Under the pieces are notes generated by a model. It was not told the origin of the DNA and did no database searches. It saw only the letters and a program-made list of their open reading frames with translations. From positions 352,001 to 416,000 of the forward strand of contig CAWAGQ010000004.1 in assembly GCA_963781585.1 (NCBI GenBank): a stretch of DNA of 64,000 nucleotides, in the 5' to 3' direction. The stretch's first letter is position 1. Every line of letters begins with the position of its first letter. The position numbers were made by a program, and so were the translations under genes. Of this stretch, positions 9,234 through 18,806 are shown piece after piece. Origin of the DNA: an uncultured Gemmatimonadaceae bacterium (GTDB lineage: Bacteria > Gemmatimonadota > Gemmatimonadetes > Gemmatimonadales > Gemmatimonadaceae).

Positions 9234-10192
9234 TCCTCGCCGGTGCGGTCGCCCTCGCGGCCGCGCCGCCCGGAGCCGCCCAGCTCCCGTTAGGCATGCA
9301 GCAGGTGACGGCCGGCCGGTTTACCGTCGCGGCCGAGCCGGGAGACATGCAGCTGGCGCGGGCGCTGCTCGGACGGGCCACCGCCAGGGATACGTTCCCG
9401 TGGCTGCCGCGCCCGCACGAGCCGGTCCTGATCATCGTCGCCCCCGACCGCCGCACCTTCCGGGCACTGGTCGGGCCGGCGGCTCCCGAATACGGCGCCG
9501 CCATCGCCATCCCGGCCGAGCGGCGCATCGTCATGCAGGGCCACAACGCGGCGTCGGATGCCGGTGATCCGCTCGAGGTGCTCCGTCACGAGCTCGCACA
9601 CCTGGCGCTCCACGAGCGGCTGGACAACATCCCGCCTCGATGGTTCGACGAGGGGTACGCGTCGGTGGCGGCCGGTGAGTGGGGTCGCGACGAGGTACTG
9701 GCCACGAATGTTGCGCTTGCCTTGCGCGGCATGCCCTCGCTCGATGCGCTCGACGCACAGTTCGCGGGAGGCGCCGGACAGGCGACCGCCGCCTATGCGC
9801 TGGCACACCGTGCGGTCGTGGAACTCGCGGCGCTCGATCCCGAGCGTGGCCTGTCGCTGTTCTTCGACTATTGGCGCCAATCGGGAGACTTCGACGCCGC
9901 CATTCGTCAGGCATTCGGCATTACCGAATCGGACTTCGTGCAACGCTGGCGCGACCACACGCGCCGTCGCTATGGCGGCCTGGCGCTGTTCGCGGATCTC
10001 ACGATCGGTGCGCTCGTGCTGCTCTTCGTCATCACACCGTTGTACCTCGTGCGGCGCGCCCGAGACCGCGCGCGTCTGGAACGCATGGCGGACACGGAAG
10101 CGCGGGTGGAGCAGCAGGCCCGCGATACTGCCATCGAGGAGCTTCTGCGGAGCGTTACCCCGCCGTCCAGCGACCGTCGCCCCGACACGTGA
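9170..10192 (+). CDS. Zinc metallopeptidase (peptidase MA/gluzincin-like), exported with C-terminal membrane anchor
   Basis: HELAH motif followed by PRWFDEG, a signal-like segment (LILAGAVALAAAP) and a C-terminal TM (LTIGALVLLFVITPLYLV). Start uncertain (9134, 9170 or later). Confidence 0.75.
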   Translation: MGEALRRDAAGSRSRRRAHALILAGAVALAAAPPGAAQLPLGMQQVTAGRFTVAAEPGDMQLARALLGRATARDTFPWLPRPHEPVLIIVAPDRRTFRALVGPAAPEYGAAIAIPAERRIVMQGHNAASDAGDPLEVLRHELAHLALHERLDNIPPRWFDEGYASVAAGEWGRDEVLATNVALALRGMPSLDALDAQFAGGAGQATAAYALAHRAVVELAALDPERGLSLFFDYWRQSGDFDAAIRQAFGITESDFVQRWRDHTRRRYGGLALFADLTIGALVLLFVITPLYLVRRARDRARLERMADTEARVEQQARDTAIEELLRSVTPPSSDRRPDT

Positions 10193-10227
10193 CGCCGCGG
10201 TGACGTAACAGCAAGCAAGGCTGGAGC

Positions 10228-10256
10228 TTGACACATTTTTCCATCCACCCCATACT
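10228..10256 (+). promoter_or_regulatory. Sigma70-type promoter
   Basis: TTGACA (10228-10233), 17 nt, CATACT (10251-10256), upstream of the small ORF and tRNA. Confidence 0.7.
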
Positions 10257-10265
10257 TCGGCGCTT

Positions 10266-10436
10266 ATGGCGTCCGACACCCAGCCGCCGAAACAGCGGCC
10301 GCTTTTGTTTTGGGGGCTCGCGCTGGTCACGATCGTGGCCGGATTCATCGATCTCGCGCGCGGCGGGGAAACCATCGCACCGATCTTGCTGGTAATCGGG
10401 TACTGCATTCTGGTACCGATCGCGATACTCAGGTGA
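10266..10436 (+). CDS. Small two-helix membrane protein (56 aa), DUF3098-like
   Basis: Own translation: MASDTQPPKQRPLLFWGLALVTIVAGFIDLARGGETIAPILLVIGYCILVPIAILR*. Below the ORF track size cutoff. Confidence 0.7.
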   Translation: MASDTQPPKQRPLLFWGLALVTIVAGFIDLARGGETIAPILLVIGYCILVPIAILR

Positions 10437-10531
10437 TGTGGGCTCAGGCGGGCATTCCGGCCGGACCAAAACCGCGTAGTGGGGTGAACATCGGTGAGAG
10501 CGGGTAGGCGTTCGCACGTTACGGCGTTGAC

Positions 10532-10605
10532 GGGCGAATAGCTCAGTTGGTTAGAGCGCCTGCCTTACACGCAGGAAGTCGGGGGTTCGAGTCCCTCTTC
10601 GCCCA
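10532..10605 (+). tRNA. tRNA-Val (anticodon TAC)
   Basis: Acceptor stem GGGCGAA/TTCGCCC plus A, D arm TAGCTCAGTTGGTTAGAGC, anticodon arm CCTGC-CTTACAC-GCAGG, T loop GGTTCGAGTCC. CCA is not encoded. Confidence 0.96.
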
Positions 10606-10693
10606 TGAGTGTTATGTGCTGCAATCACGACACTTACGGACCCTGATTGACGCAATGGGTGTACGCATCGTTAACGCCTTGGAGGTTGATACC

Positions 10694-12412
10694 GTGAAGG
10701 CACGACAGCGCTACACGCGCGTCATGTGCGCACTTCTGCTCGGGCTGTCGGCGTCGACGGCCGGCGCACAGCGGCAGCGGCAGACCCTGCGGCCGGGGCA
10801 GACCCCCGGGCCGCGCTTTCTTGTCCCGATCTTTCATACCGCAAACGGGACCGACAAGACAGTCGGCACGCAGGTTAGCGACGTCATTCGCGAACGGATG
10901 ATGGACGATTTTGCGGCCACCGAGCTGGTCATCGTCCCAAAGGTCGACATCGAGACGAGCCTCGAGCAGTCCGGTTACTCGAAGTCGGAAGCTCTGACCT
11001 TCAACGACCTGAAGCAGCTCGCGCCCACCGTGCATGCCGAGGAATACCTGGACGGCGTGGTCGAGTCGGGCGGAAACGGCACCTACGTCGTCCACGCCAC
11101 CCTGTATCTGGTCCGACCGGAAGGCATGGCACAGCCGTTGCCCGACGTGACGGGCGCAAAACCGGGCGATGTGGCCAAGCAGCTTTCCTCCGAAGTGGAG
11201 AAGGCACGTAAGCAGATCGCGCCAACCCAGGCCTGCCTCATCGACGCGCGGCAAGGGAAGGCCGATGAGGCCCGCGTTCAGGCCGAAAAGGGAATCACCG
11301 CCTATCCAAACGCGGTGCTGGCACGGGTCTGCCTCCTGGAACTAGCTAATCAGACCAAATCCGGCCCGGACTCCATCATCAGGTATTCCGAGGAAATCCT
11401 GAAGATCGCGCCGGAAAACCAGCGCGCGCTGAAGCTCGTGGCGGATGCGTACAACGAAAAGCACGAAGACGACAAGTACGTGAGCGCCATGATGCAGTTG
11501 CTCAAGGCCGATCCCGGCAACGCATCACTGCAGGACCAGGTGGTCCAGACGCTCGTGCGGCTGAACAAGCCCGAGATCGCGAAGCCCATCGTTGAAGAGG
11601 CGGTGAAGCAGAATCCGGGCGACCCCCAGCTGATCCGGGATGAGTGGCTCGTCTATCGCCAGCTGAAGGACTGGAAGCGCGCCGCCGCGGTTGGCGAAGA
11701 GATGATCAAGAGCGACACCGCGATGGGTGATACGCTGTTCTACACCCAGCTGATCGGTGCCTACGTCGCGGACAGCCAACTCCAGAAGGCCGCCGAAGCA
11801 GCGGCGCGTGGCGCGAACAAGCACTCGAAGAATGCGACCCTGTGGCTTCAGTATGCCGAGCTCAGTCGGCAGATCGGGCAGCTTCCGCAGTCACTGCAGG
11901 CGATCAACAAGGTGTTGGAGATAAACCCGAAGTACCCCCAGGCAACCATGGTGAAGGCTCAGATCTTCAGCGAGATGGACCAGGTGGACAGCATGTTTGC
12001 CACGCTCAGGTCGGCGGTGGCGCAGGGCGATGACAAGCAGGTGGCCGGAGGAATGGCGCTCACCAAGGCGAACGCGATCTTCAGAGAGTGGAGCGCCGAC
12101 ACAGCCAAGACGATCGACCGGGGCCACTACGTGATGGGTTTGCTCGCCGCGGCGGACAGCATGAATTCGACGGACGGGTCTTCCTTCCTTCTCGGCGCCA
12201 CAAAGCTGATCGTTGGACAGCTGCTGCTCACGCGGGCAGGGAAGGAACGGAACTGCGACGATGCAAAGCAGGGCAATGACCTGGTTGTGGATGCGGGACT
12301 CCTGATCGCCAAGAGCGGACGCGCCTATCCCCAGCAGGCGCAACAGATGATGGGGAACCAGATGCAGCTCTCGACCTACGGTGCGCAGCTCGTGAAGGCG
12401 GTCTGCAAGTAG
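10694..12412 (+). CDS. Exported TPR-repeat protein
   Basis: GGAGG at 10681 then GTG 10694, signal peptide (MCALLLGLSASTAGA-Q), helical TPR repeats (e.g. INKVLEINPKYPQATMVKAQIF). Confidence 0.8.
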   Translation: MKARQRYTRVMCALLLGLSASTAGAQRQRQTLRPGQTPGPRFLVPIFHTANGTDKTVGTQVSDVIRERMMDDFAATELVIVPKVDIETSLEQSGYSKSEALTFNDLKQLAPTVHAEEYLDGVVESGGNGTYVVHATLYLVRPEGMAQPLPDVTGAKPGDVAKQLSSEVEKARKQIAPTQACLIDARQGKADEARVQAEKGITAYPNAVLARVCLLELANQTKSGPDSIIRYSEEILKIAPENQRALKLVADAYNEKHEDDKYVSAMMQLLKADPGNASLQDQVVQTLVRLNKPEIAKPIVEEAVKQNPGDPQLIRDEWLVYRQLKDWKRAAAVGEEMIKSDTAMGDTLFYTQLIGAYVADSQLQKAAEAAARGANKHSKNATLWLQYAELSRQIGQLPQSLQAINKVLEINPKYPQATMVKAQIFSEMDQVDSMFATLRSAVAQGDDKQVAGGMALTKANAIFREWSADTAKTIDRGHYVMGLLAAADSMNSTDGSSFLLGATKLIVGQLLLTRAGKERNCDDAKQGNDLVVDAGLLIAKSGRAYPQQAQQMMGNQMQLSTYGAQLVKAVCK

Positions 12413-12435
12413 CGACTCTGGCCGAACACTCCCTG

Positions 12436-12469
12436 GCCCGCTGCCCCTCAGGGCGGCGGGCTTTTTTTT
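12436..12469 (+). terminator. Rho-independent terminator
   Basis: GCCCGCTGCCC-CTCA-GGGCGGCGGGC hairpin followed by T8. Confidence 0.9.
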
Positions 12470-12593
12470 GTCCGCCAGCCGCGCGACCTGCTTGCAAGGC
12501 GTGGGAGGGCATTTCCGCCTCGCTGGCGAAATGTCTTACTGACCTTGCGACGCAGCTTGAGATGCCGCGCACAAGTCCCACGTTATCAAGCGC

Positions 12594-12623
12594 TTGACGA
12601 ATTGCCGTCTGGGTCGCTAGGTT
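12594..12623 (+). promoter_or_regulatory. Putative dcw operon promoter
   Basis: TTGACG, 18 nt, TAGGTT just upstream of rsmH. Confidence 0.45.
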
Positions 12624-12633
12624 GTCGCGGGCA

Positions 12634-13572
12634 GTGACCCACTCTGATACCTACGCGAGCGCATTCCACACTCCGGTCCTCGTACACGAGGTCGTTGAGC
12701 TGCTCGGCAACGCTGATCATGTCCTGGACTGCACACTCGGCGGCGGCGGGCACGCGCTCGCGCTGCTCGAGCGGGGCGCCCGGGTAACCGGGCTCGATCG
12801 CGATCCCGAGGCGGTGCGCGCCGCGTCCGCACGGCTCGCGTCGTACGCCGGGACAGGACAGTTCCGCGCTGCGCAAGGCAGCTTTGGCGATCTGAACGCC
12901 ACGGCGATTGCCGATGATGAGCGATTTGCCGGCATCCTGCTCGACCTGGGCGTGTCGTCGCATCAGATGGATTCACCGGCGCGTGGTTTTACGTTCCGAA
13001 CGGACGCGCCGCTCGACATGCGGATGACTGTCGATACGCCGGACGACGCCGCTCGTCTCGTCAACGAGAGCAGCGAACGAGAACTGGCGGCGATCTTCAG
13101 AGACTATGGCGACGTGACGAAGGCCGGACGGCTGGCCCGAGAGATCGTCAGGCGTCGAGGGCGACGACCGTTTCGCATCAGCGACGATCTGGTGGACGCG
13201 ATACGGGCCGTGCTCGGTCCACGCAGCGGACCCGCCGAGTTCGCCCCCGTCTTCCAGGCGCTGCGAGTCGCGGTGAACGATGAGCTGGGCGCGCTCGAAC
13301 GCGCGCTGCCAGTGCTCCGCGACCGGCTTTCCGCGGGCGGCACCATGGCGGCGATCACGTATCACTCGGGCGAGGATCGCCTGGTGAAGCGGGCGTTTCG
13401 CGACTGGAGCGCGGCGTGTGTGTGCCCGCCACGGCAACCAGTCTGCACCTGCCGCGGCCGGCCGCTGGGGCGATCGCTGACGCGTCGTCCGATGCTCCCC
13501 AGCGACGCTGAGAGCGCCTCGAATCCGCGCGCGCGCAGCGCGCACCTGCGGGCATGGCAAAGCGCCGCGTAA
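12634..13572 (+). CDS. rsmH: 16S rRNA m4C1402 methyltransferase
   Basis: HTPVL, DCTLGGGGH, DLGVSSHQ, PLDMRM, FQALRVAVNDEL, YHSGEDR, NPRARSA. Confidence 0.96.
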   Translation: MTHSDTYASAFHTPVLVHEVVELLGNADHVLDCTLGGGGHALALLERGARVTGLDRDPEAVRAASARLASYAGTGQFRAAQGSFGDLNATAIADDERFAGILLDLGVSSHQMDSPARGFTFRTDAPLDMRMTVDTPDDAARLVNESSERELAAIFRDYGDVTKAGRLAREIVRRRGRRPFRISDDLVDAIRAVLGPRSGPAEFAPVFQALRVAVNDELGALERALPVLRDRLSAGGTMAAITYHSGEDRLVKRAFRDWSAACVCPPRQPVCTCRGRPLGRSLTRRPMLPSDAESASNPRARSAHLRAWQSAA

Positions 13573-13856
13573 AGCTGCGCGGGCGTACCGTGGTCGCGCT
13601 GGTGTTGGGCGCGTTTCTGGCGGTAGCCACCAGCATCGTGTGGCGGCGCTCGCTGGGCAGCGTGCAGGCGCGGCATCTGCACGATCTCCGGACCCAACTG
13701 GCCGATCTGCAGACGCAGCGCGCTCAGCTTCAGGCCGACGTCCATCGCGCGACGAGCCGACCCTATCTGGCGCCGGTGGTGGCGCGCCTCGGGCTGGTGG
13801 TGCCGAACGACAGTCAGGTCATTGTGCTGCCGATGCCGCGGCAACCGGAGCGTTAG
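13554..13856 (+). CDS. ftsL: Cell division protein FtsL-like
   Basis: Basic N-terminus, single TM and leucine-zipper coiled coil, located between rsmH and ftsI. Confidence 0.75.
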   Translation: MAKRRVKLRGRTVVALVLGAFLAVATSIVWRRSLGSVQARHLHDLRTQLADLQTQRAQLQADVHRATSRPYLAPVVARLGLVVPNDSQVIVLPMPRQPER

Positions 13857-13860
13857 GCGC

Positions 13861-15924
13861 ATGGTGCGGGAGCGACGACTTTCGGTGGTCCATGGGGTGC
13901 TGCTGCTGCTCGCGCTCGCGCTCGTGGCACGCAGCGGCTACGTGCAGCTGTGGCAGGGCGCGAAGTGGGACGCCCGGGCCGAGCGTCAGCAGGTCTCGCG
14001 GGATACGCTGGCCGCGCCACGGGGTGAGATCCTCGACCTGGCTGGCGTGCCGCTGGCCGAAAGCCAGGTGCACGTTCAACTCGCGATCGTGCCGGGCGAG
14101 GTCAAGGAGCCGCGGCGGCTGGCGCGCTCGCTGCAGCACCTCGGCGTGGACGCCGCCACGTTGCGCCGGGTCGCCGACCAGAAGCGGAAGTGGGTTCCGG
14201 TGGGCGGGACCTTCGCGCCGTCCGACGTGAACGGGCTGCGGGTGATGCCGGGCGTGCACGCGACCGACGTCGGGCAGCGCTCCTACCTGCCCTCCGACGG
14301 ATTGCGGAAGATCGTCGGACGCACCGGTCCCGGCGGCGTTGCCATCGACGGGATCGAGCTGGCACTGGATTCACTCCTGCGTGGCGAGCGCGGTACCGCG
14401 GCGGCACTGCTCGATGCGCGTGGGACGCGGTACGAATCGCCCGAGATGCTCACCGCGCCGCCGCTGGGGGGACACAGCATCACCCTCACCGTGAGCTACG
14501 TGGTACAGGATATTTGCGACCGGGCGCTGGCCGATGCCACCGAAAGACTGAACGCGACCGGCGGCGACATCGTGGTCCTCGATCCACGCGACGGCGAGAT
14601 CCGCTGTCTGGCCAGTCGGCGATCGGGCCAGATCGCGACGGCCAGTACCGCGCTCACGGAACCGTTCGAGCCGGGGTCCACGCTCAAGCCGCTCTACGCC
14701 GGCCGGCTGATCGAGTCGGGCAAGGCCAGGGTCTCCGACGTCATCGAGACGTTCAACGGAGTGTACCGGACTCACGGCCGGACGATCAACGACGTGCACA
14801 AGGCGGAACGGCTCTCGCTGGCCGACGTCATCCGCTTCTCCAGCAACGTGGGCATCGTGCGCTTCACCGAACGACTCTCGGCCCGCGAGATGTACGAGAC
14901 GCTGCGCGACTTCGGGTTTGGTACGCCGACCGGCGTGACCTATCCGAGCGAGGCGCCGGGGATCCTGCACGAACCCGCGACCTGGTCGGCGCAGTCGCAG
15001 GCGTCGCTCGCCATCGGGTACGAGTTGGCGGTGACGCCGCTGCAGCTGGCGACCGCGTACGCTGCGCTTGCCAATGGCGGGAGGTTGCTGGAACCGGCGC
15101 TGATTCGCGAAATCCATGATCCCGACGGGGCGCTGGTGTACACGCACCGGCCGTCACTCGTCAGGCAGGTGCTGGCCCCCGAAACGACGCGGACCCTGCG
15201 ACAGATCCTTGCCACCGTGGTGGACAGTGGCACGGCGACCGAGGCCGGGCTCTCGTCATTCGAGTTCGGCGGCAAGAGCGGCACGGCGCGTCGTGCTGCG
15301 GGCGGGACCTATGGTCGCGGCAGCTACACATCGTTGTTCGTGGGGCTGTTTCCGGCCGAGGCACCGCAGTACGTGGTGCTGGTGAAGCTCGACAACCCGC
15401 AGGGGAGCTATTATGGCGGGAAGGCAGCGGCGCCAGTGGCGAGGGCCGTGGTGGAGGCTGCCATCGCTGCGCGTGATGCAGCGCTCGACCAATCGAGCCT
15501 GGCACTGCAGAAGGCCCCCTACGTTCCCCCCGACGTCGATCGAGCGCCCACCGGCCAGGTCGCCTCCTCCGGGCGCAGCGCACCGGGGATGGTGGAGTCG
15601 CCGTCGGCGGACGATTCAGGCAACCGGTCGCACGGCGAGGGCGACAGCCCGCAGATACCAGGCGATGCGTCGACCGGCGTTGCTGCGGACGGGATCTGCT
15701 GTCCGCCGGCGCGATTCGACATCGGCAAGTTGGCGCCGGACACCGCGTCCTCCATGGATCACGTCGTTGTCCCGGATGTTCGCGACGTTCCGCTTCGCAC
15801 GGCGGTGCGCGAACTCCATCGCGCCGGCCTCCGCGTCGTCCTGGTCGCGGGCGGGCCGCCCATGACTCCCTCTCCGGGGACCGCGGTGGCACGCGGATCG
15901 CTGGTGCGGCTCGGCCGGCCATGA
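13861..15924 (+). CDS. ftsI: Class B penicillin-binding protein (FtsI) with C-terminal PASTA-like domain
   Basis: RGEILD, EPGSTLK (SxxK), SSN, GKSGT. A low-complexity linker precedes the VVPDVR PASTA-like tail. Confidence 0.9.
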   Translation: MVRERRLSVVHGVLLLLALALVARSGYVQLWQGAKWDARAERQQVSRDTLAAPRGEILDLAGVPLAESQVHVQLAIVPGEVKEPRRLARSLQHLGVDAATLRRVADQKRKWVPVGGTFAPSDVNGLRVMPGVHATDVGQRSYLPSDGLRKIVGRTGPGGVAIDGIELALDSLLRGERGTAAALLDARGTRYESPEMLTAPPLGGHSITLTVSYVVQDICDRALADATERLNATGGDIVVLDPRDGEIRCLASRRSGQIATASTALTEPFEPGSTLKPLYAGRLIESGKARVSDVIETFNGVYRTHGRTINDVHKAERLSLADVIRFSSNVGIVRFTERLSAREMYETLRDFGFGTPTGVTYPSEAPGILHEPATWSAQSQASLAIGYELAVTPLQLATAYAALANGGRLLEPALIREIHDPDGALVYTHRPSLVRQVLAPETTRTLRQILATVVDSGTATEAGLSSFEFGGKSGTARRAAGGTYGRGSYTSLFVGLFPAEAPQYVVLVKLDNPQGSYYGGKAAAPVARAVVEAAIAARDAALDQSSLALQKAPYVPPDVDRAPTGQVASSGRSAPGMVESPSADDSGNRSHGEGDSPQIPGDASTGVAADGICCPPARFDIGKLAPDTASSMDHVVVPDVRDVPLRTAVRELHRAGLRVVLVAGGPPMTPSPGTAVARGSLVRLGRP

Positions 15925-17441
15925 ACCGGGAGATCTCGTCCGCCGCCATCGTGCGGGCGCTGGAGGAGGCGGGAGAGCTCGTTGGCGTGCGCGGGGACCT
16001 GCCGGCGTCCTTCACGGCACTCTCCGACGACAGCCGGACCGCAACGCCGGGATCGCTCTTTGTCGCCGTGCGCGGTCAGGCGCGCGACGGACACGACTAT
16101 CTGGACGCCGCGCGGCGGGGCGGAGCGGTGGCGGCGGTTGTAGAGGACGCGTCGCGCACCGAACTGCCCACGGTCGCAATCCGGGACAGCCGGCGGGCGG
16201 CGGCGGTGGTCGCGGCCGCGGCCTACGACTGGCCGGCGCGACAACTCGTGGCAGTCGGCGTCACGGGCACGAGCGGCAAGACGACCACCGTCACGATGCT
16301 CCGCCACCTGCTGGATGAACCCGATGCCGCCAGCGCGTCGATCGGAACGTTAGGCGTCCTGACGGGCCGCGTGGGCCGACCCCTGCCGGGCGGCAGCGGG
16401 CTCACCACCCCCGGTCCGGTGGAACTGCAGCGCGTGCTCCGGATGCTGGTGGATGCCGGCGTCCGGCGTGTGGCAATCGAGGTTTCGTCGCACAGTCTCG
16501 ATCAGCGTCGCGTCGAGGGCGTGGCGTTCGCGGTCGCGGTGTTCACGAACCTTTCGCACGAGCATCTGGACTATCACGGCGACATGGCGTCGTACCTGAA
16601 CACCAAAGCGAGGCTCCTTCAACTGCTCGCGCCTGACGGTACGGCGGTGATCAACGCGGACGATCGGGCGTGGGATGCGCTCCCGCCGACCCGGCGGCGG
16701 CTGCGGTTCGGGGTGGGCACGACCGGCGGCGTCGATGTCACGGCGCGGGACGTCCGCTTCACGGCCGCCGGGAGCACGTGGCGGCTGGTGGCTGGCGCGG
16801 AATCCGCGGCGGTGCAGCTCCCCCTGCTGGGCGATTTCAACGTGATGAACGCGCTGGCGGCCGCGACGGCGGCGCGCGCTCTCGGACTCGCGGTGAGCGA
16901 CATCGCCCTCAGGTTGTCGTCGCTGTCGCAGGTGCCGGGACGGCTCGAACGGCTGCTGGATCGGCCGGCGGTGCTCCGCGACTACGCGCACAAGCCCGAC
17001 GCGCTGCGGGCGGTGTTGCGGGCGGTGCGGCCGTTCGTGCGGGGCCGCCTGATCGTGCTGTTCGGATGCGGCGGCGACCGCGACCGGAGCAAGCGTCCGG
17101 TGATGGGGGCGATCGCCGAACAGGAGGCGGATGTGGTGATTCTGACCAGCGACAATCCGCGCACCGAGGATCCGGAGCGGATTCTCGACGAGATCGAGGT
17201 GGGAATGTCCCGGCCGCACGAACGCATCGAGGACCGTCGGACGGCGATCGCCCGGGCGGTGCAGATCGCACGCGCCGATGACGTGGTGCTGCTGGCGGGG
17301 AAGGGGCACGAGACGTACCAGATCCGGGGGACGGAGGCGCTGCCGTTCGACGAGCGGGAGGTGGTGGGGGCGGTGGTGGCCGCGGCAGCAGACCCGGGCG
17401 GCGTGGTGCAGCGAATTGGGCGCGGAGGGGCGGCGGCGTGA
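15921..17441 (+). CDS. murE: UDP-MurNAc-tripeptide synthetase
   Basis: GVTGTSGKTT, EVSSH, HLDYH, DYAH, GCGGDRD, DNPR (meso-DAP type), LAGKGHE. Confidence 0.95.
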   Translation: MNREISSAAIVRALEEAGELVGVRGDLPASFTALSDDSRTATPGSLFVAVRGQARDGHDYLDAARRGGAVAAVVEDASRTELPTVAIRDSRRAAAVVAAAAYDWPARQLVAVGVTGTSGKTTTVTMLRHLLDEPDAASASIGTLGVLTGRVGRPLPGGSGLTTPGPVELQRVLRMLVDAGVRRVAIEVSSHSLDQRRVEGVAFAVAVFTNLSHEHLDYHGDMASYLNTKARLLQLLAPDGTAVINADDRAWDALPPTRRRLRFGVGTTGGVDVTARDVRFTAAGSTWRLVAGAESAAVQLPLLGDFNVMNALAAATAARALGLAVSDIALRLSSLSQVPGRLERLLDRPAVLRDYAHKPDALRAVLRAVRPFVRGRLIVLFGCGGDRDRSKRPVMGAIAEQEADVVILTSDNPRTEDPERILDEIEVGMSRPHERIEDRRTAIARAVQIARADDVVLLAGKGHETYQIRGTEALPFDEREVVGAVVAAAADPGGVVQRIGRGGAAA

Positions 17442-18802
17442 GCTTCTGGACGCTCGATCGCGTCGGGCACGCGCTGCGGGGGCTGGCGCAGGGCGCGATT
17501 CCCGCTGGGCGGGAGCCGTTAGGCGCGGTGTCCACCGATACGCGGACTATCGGTGCGCGTGACGTCTTCGTGGCGCTCCGCGGCGAGCAGTTCGACGCGC
17601 ACCGGTTCCTCGCCGACGCCGCGGCACGGGGGGCGGCGGCACTGGTGGTGGACGATCCGGCACACGCGGTGGGACTGGCCCGCCCGGTGTTCACCGTGCC
17701 CGACACCACCGCCGCGCTCGGCGCGTTAGGCAGCTACCGCCGCCAGGCCTGGGGCGGACCGGTGGTGGCGATCGCGGGCTCCAACGGCAAGACCACCACC
17801 AAGGAGCTGGTGCGGAGCGCGCTGGCCAGCGTACTGGAGGTCCACGCGACCCAGGGCAACCTCAACAACCAGGTGGGTGTCCCGCTCACGCTGCTCGCGC
17901 TGCCCGACGCCGCCGAGGTGGCAGTGGTCGAGATCGGGACCAACGCCCCGGGCGAAGTGGAGACCCTGCGGCGGATCGCGGCCCCCGACATCGCGCTGGT
18001 GACGTCGATAGGTGAGGAACACCTCGAAGGGCTGCACGATCTGGCCGGCGTGTTGCGCGAGGAAACCGCGGTGTACCGGGGCGTCGAGCTGGCGGTGTGC
18101 CCAGCCGGTCAGCCCGCGGTGGGCGCGGCGGCGCGGACGCTGGCGCGCCAGACGGTCGAGGCGGGGCTGGATACGGGCGACCTGCACCCCGAGCGGTGGG
18201 GGATCGATGATGACGGGAAGGGCTGGGTGGAGTTCGGCGAGCTCCGGGTCTCCCTGTCACTGCGCGGGGAGCACAATCTGCGCAATGCGATGCTGGCGGC
18301 CGCGGTTGCCCGGGCCTGCGGCGTGCCAATGGAGGCGGCCGCGCGCGGCATGGCCGCAGTGGCCCCGCTGGCCATGCGAGGCGGCTGGCACCAGTATGCG
18401 ACACTGACCGTGATCAACGATGCGTACAACGCCAACCCGGCGTCGATGCGCGAAGCCATCGCCCTCGTGAATGGGCTGCCGCCCAGGCGCCAGCGCGTAC
18501 TGGTGCTGGGCAGCATGCGCGAGCTCGGAATCCAGAGCGGAGCACTGCACGCCGAGATCGCACGACTGGCCGTCGGGTCGCGGGCCGATGTCATCGCCGG
18601 CATCGGAGATTTCGCGGGGACACTGGTCGCACACGACGGAGACGGCCGCGTGATCACGGCCCCCGACGTCGCGGAGCTGTGGGCGGAGCTGCGGCCGCTG
18701 CTGGCCCGCGACGCAATCGTCCTGCTGAAGGCCTCGCGTGGCGTGCGCCTGGAGCGACTGGAGCCGATGCTGCAGGCGTGGGCCGATTCCCCCCAACCCT
18801 GA
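17438..18802 (+). CDS. murF: UDP-MurNAc-pentapeptide synthetase
   Basis: GSNGKTTTKE, NLNNQVGVPLTL, NDAYNANP, LLKASRG. Confidence 0.95.
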   Translation: MSFWTLDRVGHALRGLAQGAIPAGREPLGAVSTDTRTIGARDVFVALRGEQFDAHRFLADAAARGAAALVVDDPAHAVGLARPVFTVPDTTAALGALGSYRRQAWGGPVVAIAGSNGKTTTKELVRSALASVLEVHATQGNLNNQVGVPLTLLALPDAAEVAVVEIGTNAPGEVETLRRIAAPDIALVTSIGEEHLEGLHDLAGVLREETAVYRGVELAVCPAGQPAVGAAARTLARQTVEAGLDTGDLHPERWGIDDDGKGWVEFGELRVSLSLRGEHNLRNAMLAAAVARACGVPMEAAARGMAAVAPLAMRGGWHQYATLTVINDAYNANPASMREAIALVNGLPPRRQRVLVLGSMRELGIQSGALHAEIARLAVGSRADVIAGIGDFAGTLVAHDGDGRVITAPDVAELWAELRPLLARDAIVLLKASRGVRLERLEPMLQAWADSPQP

Positions 18803-18806
18803 AGGC

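Noticed and set aside
10532..12412. tRNA-Val as an integration site for an island, and ORF 10547 starting inside the tRNA
   Set aside because: No integrase, no duplicated tRNA 3' end and no foreign genes. The real start is probably GTG 10694 with a GGAGG RBS.
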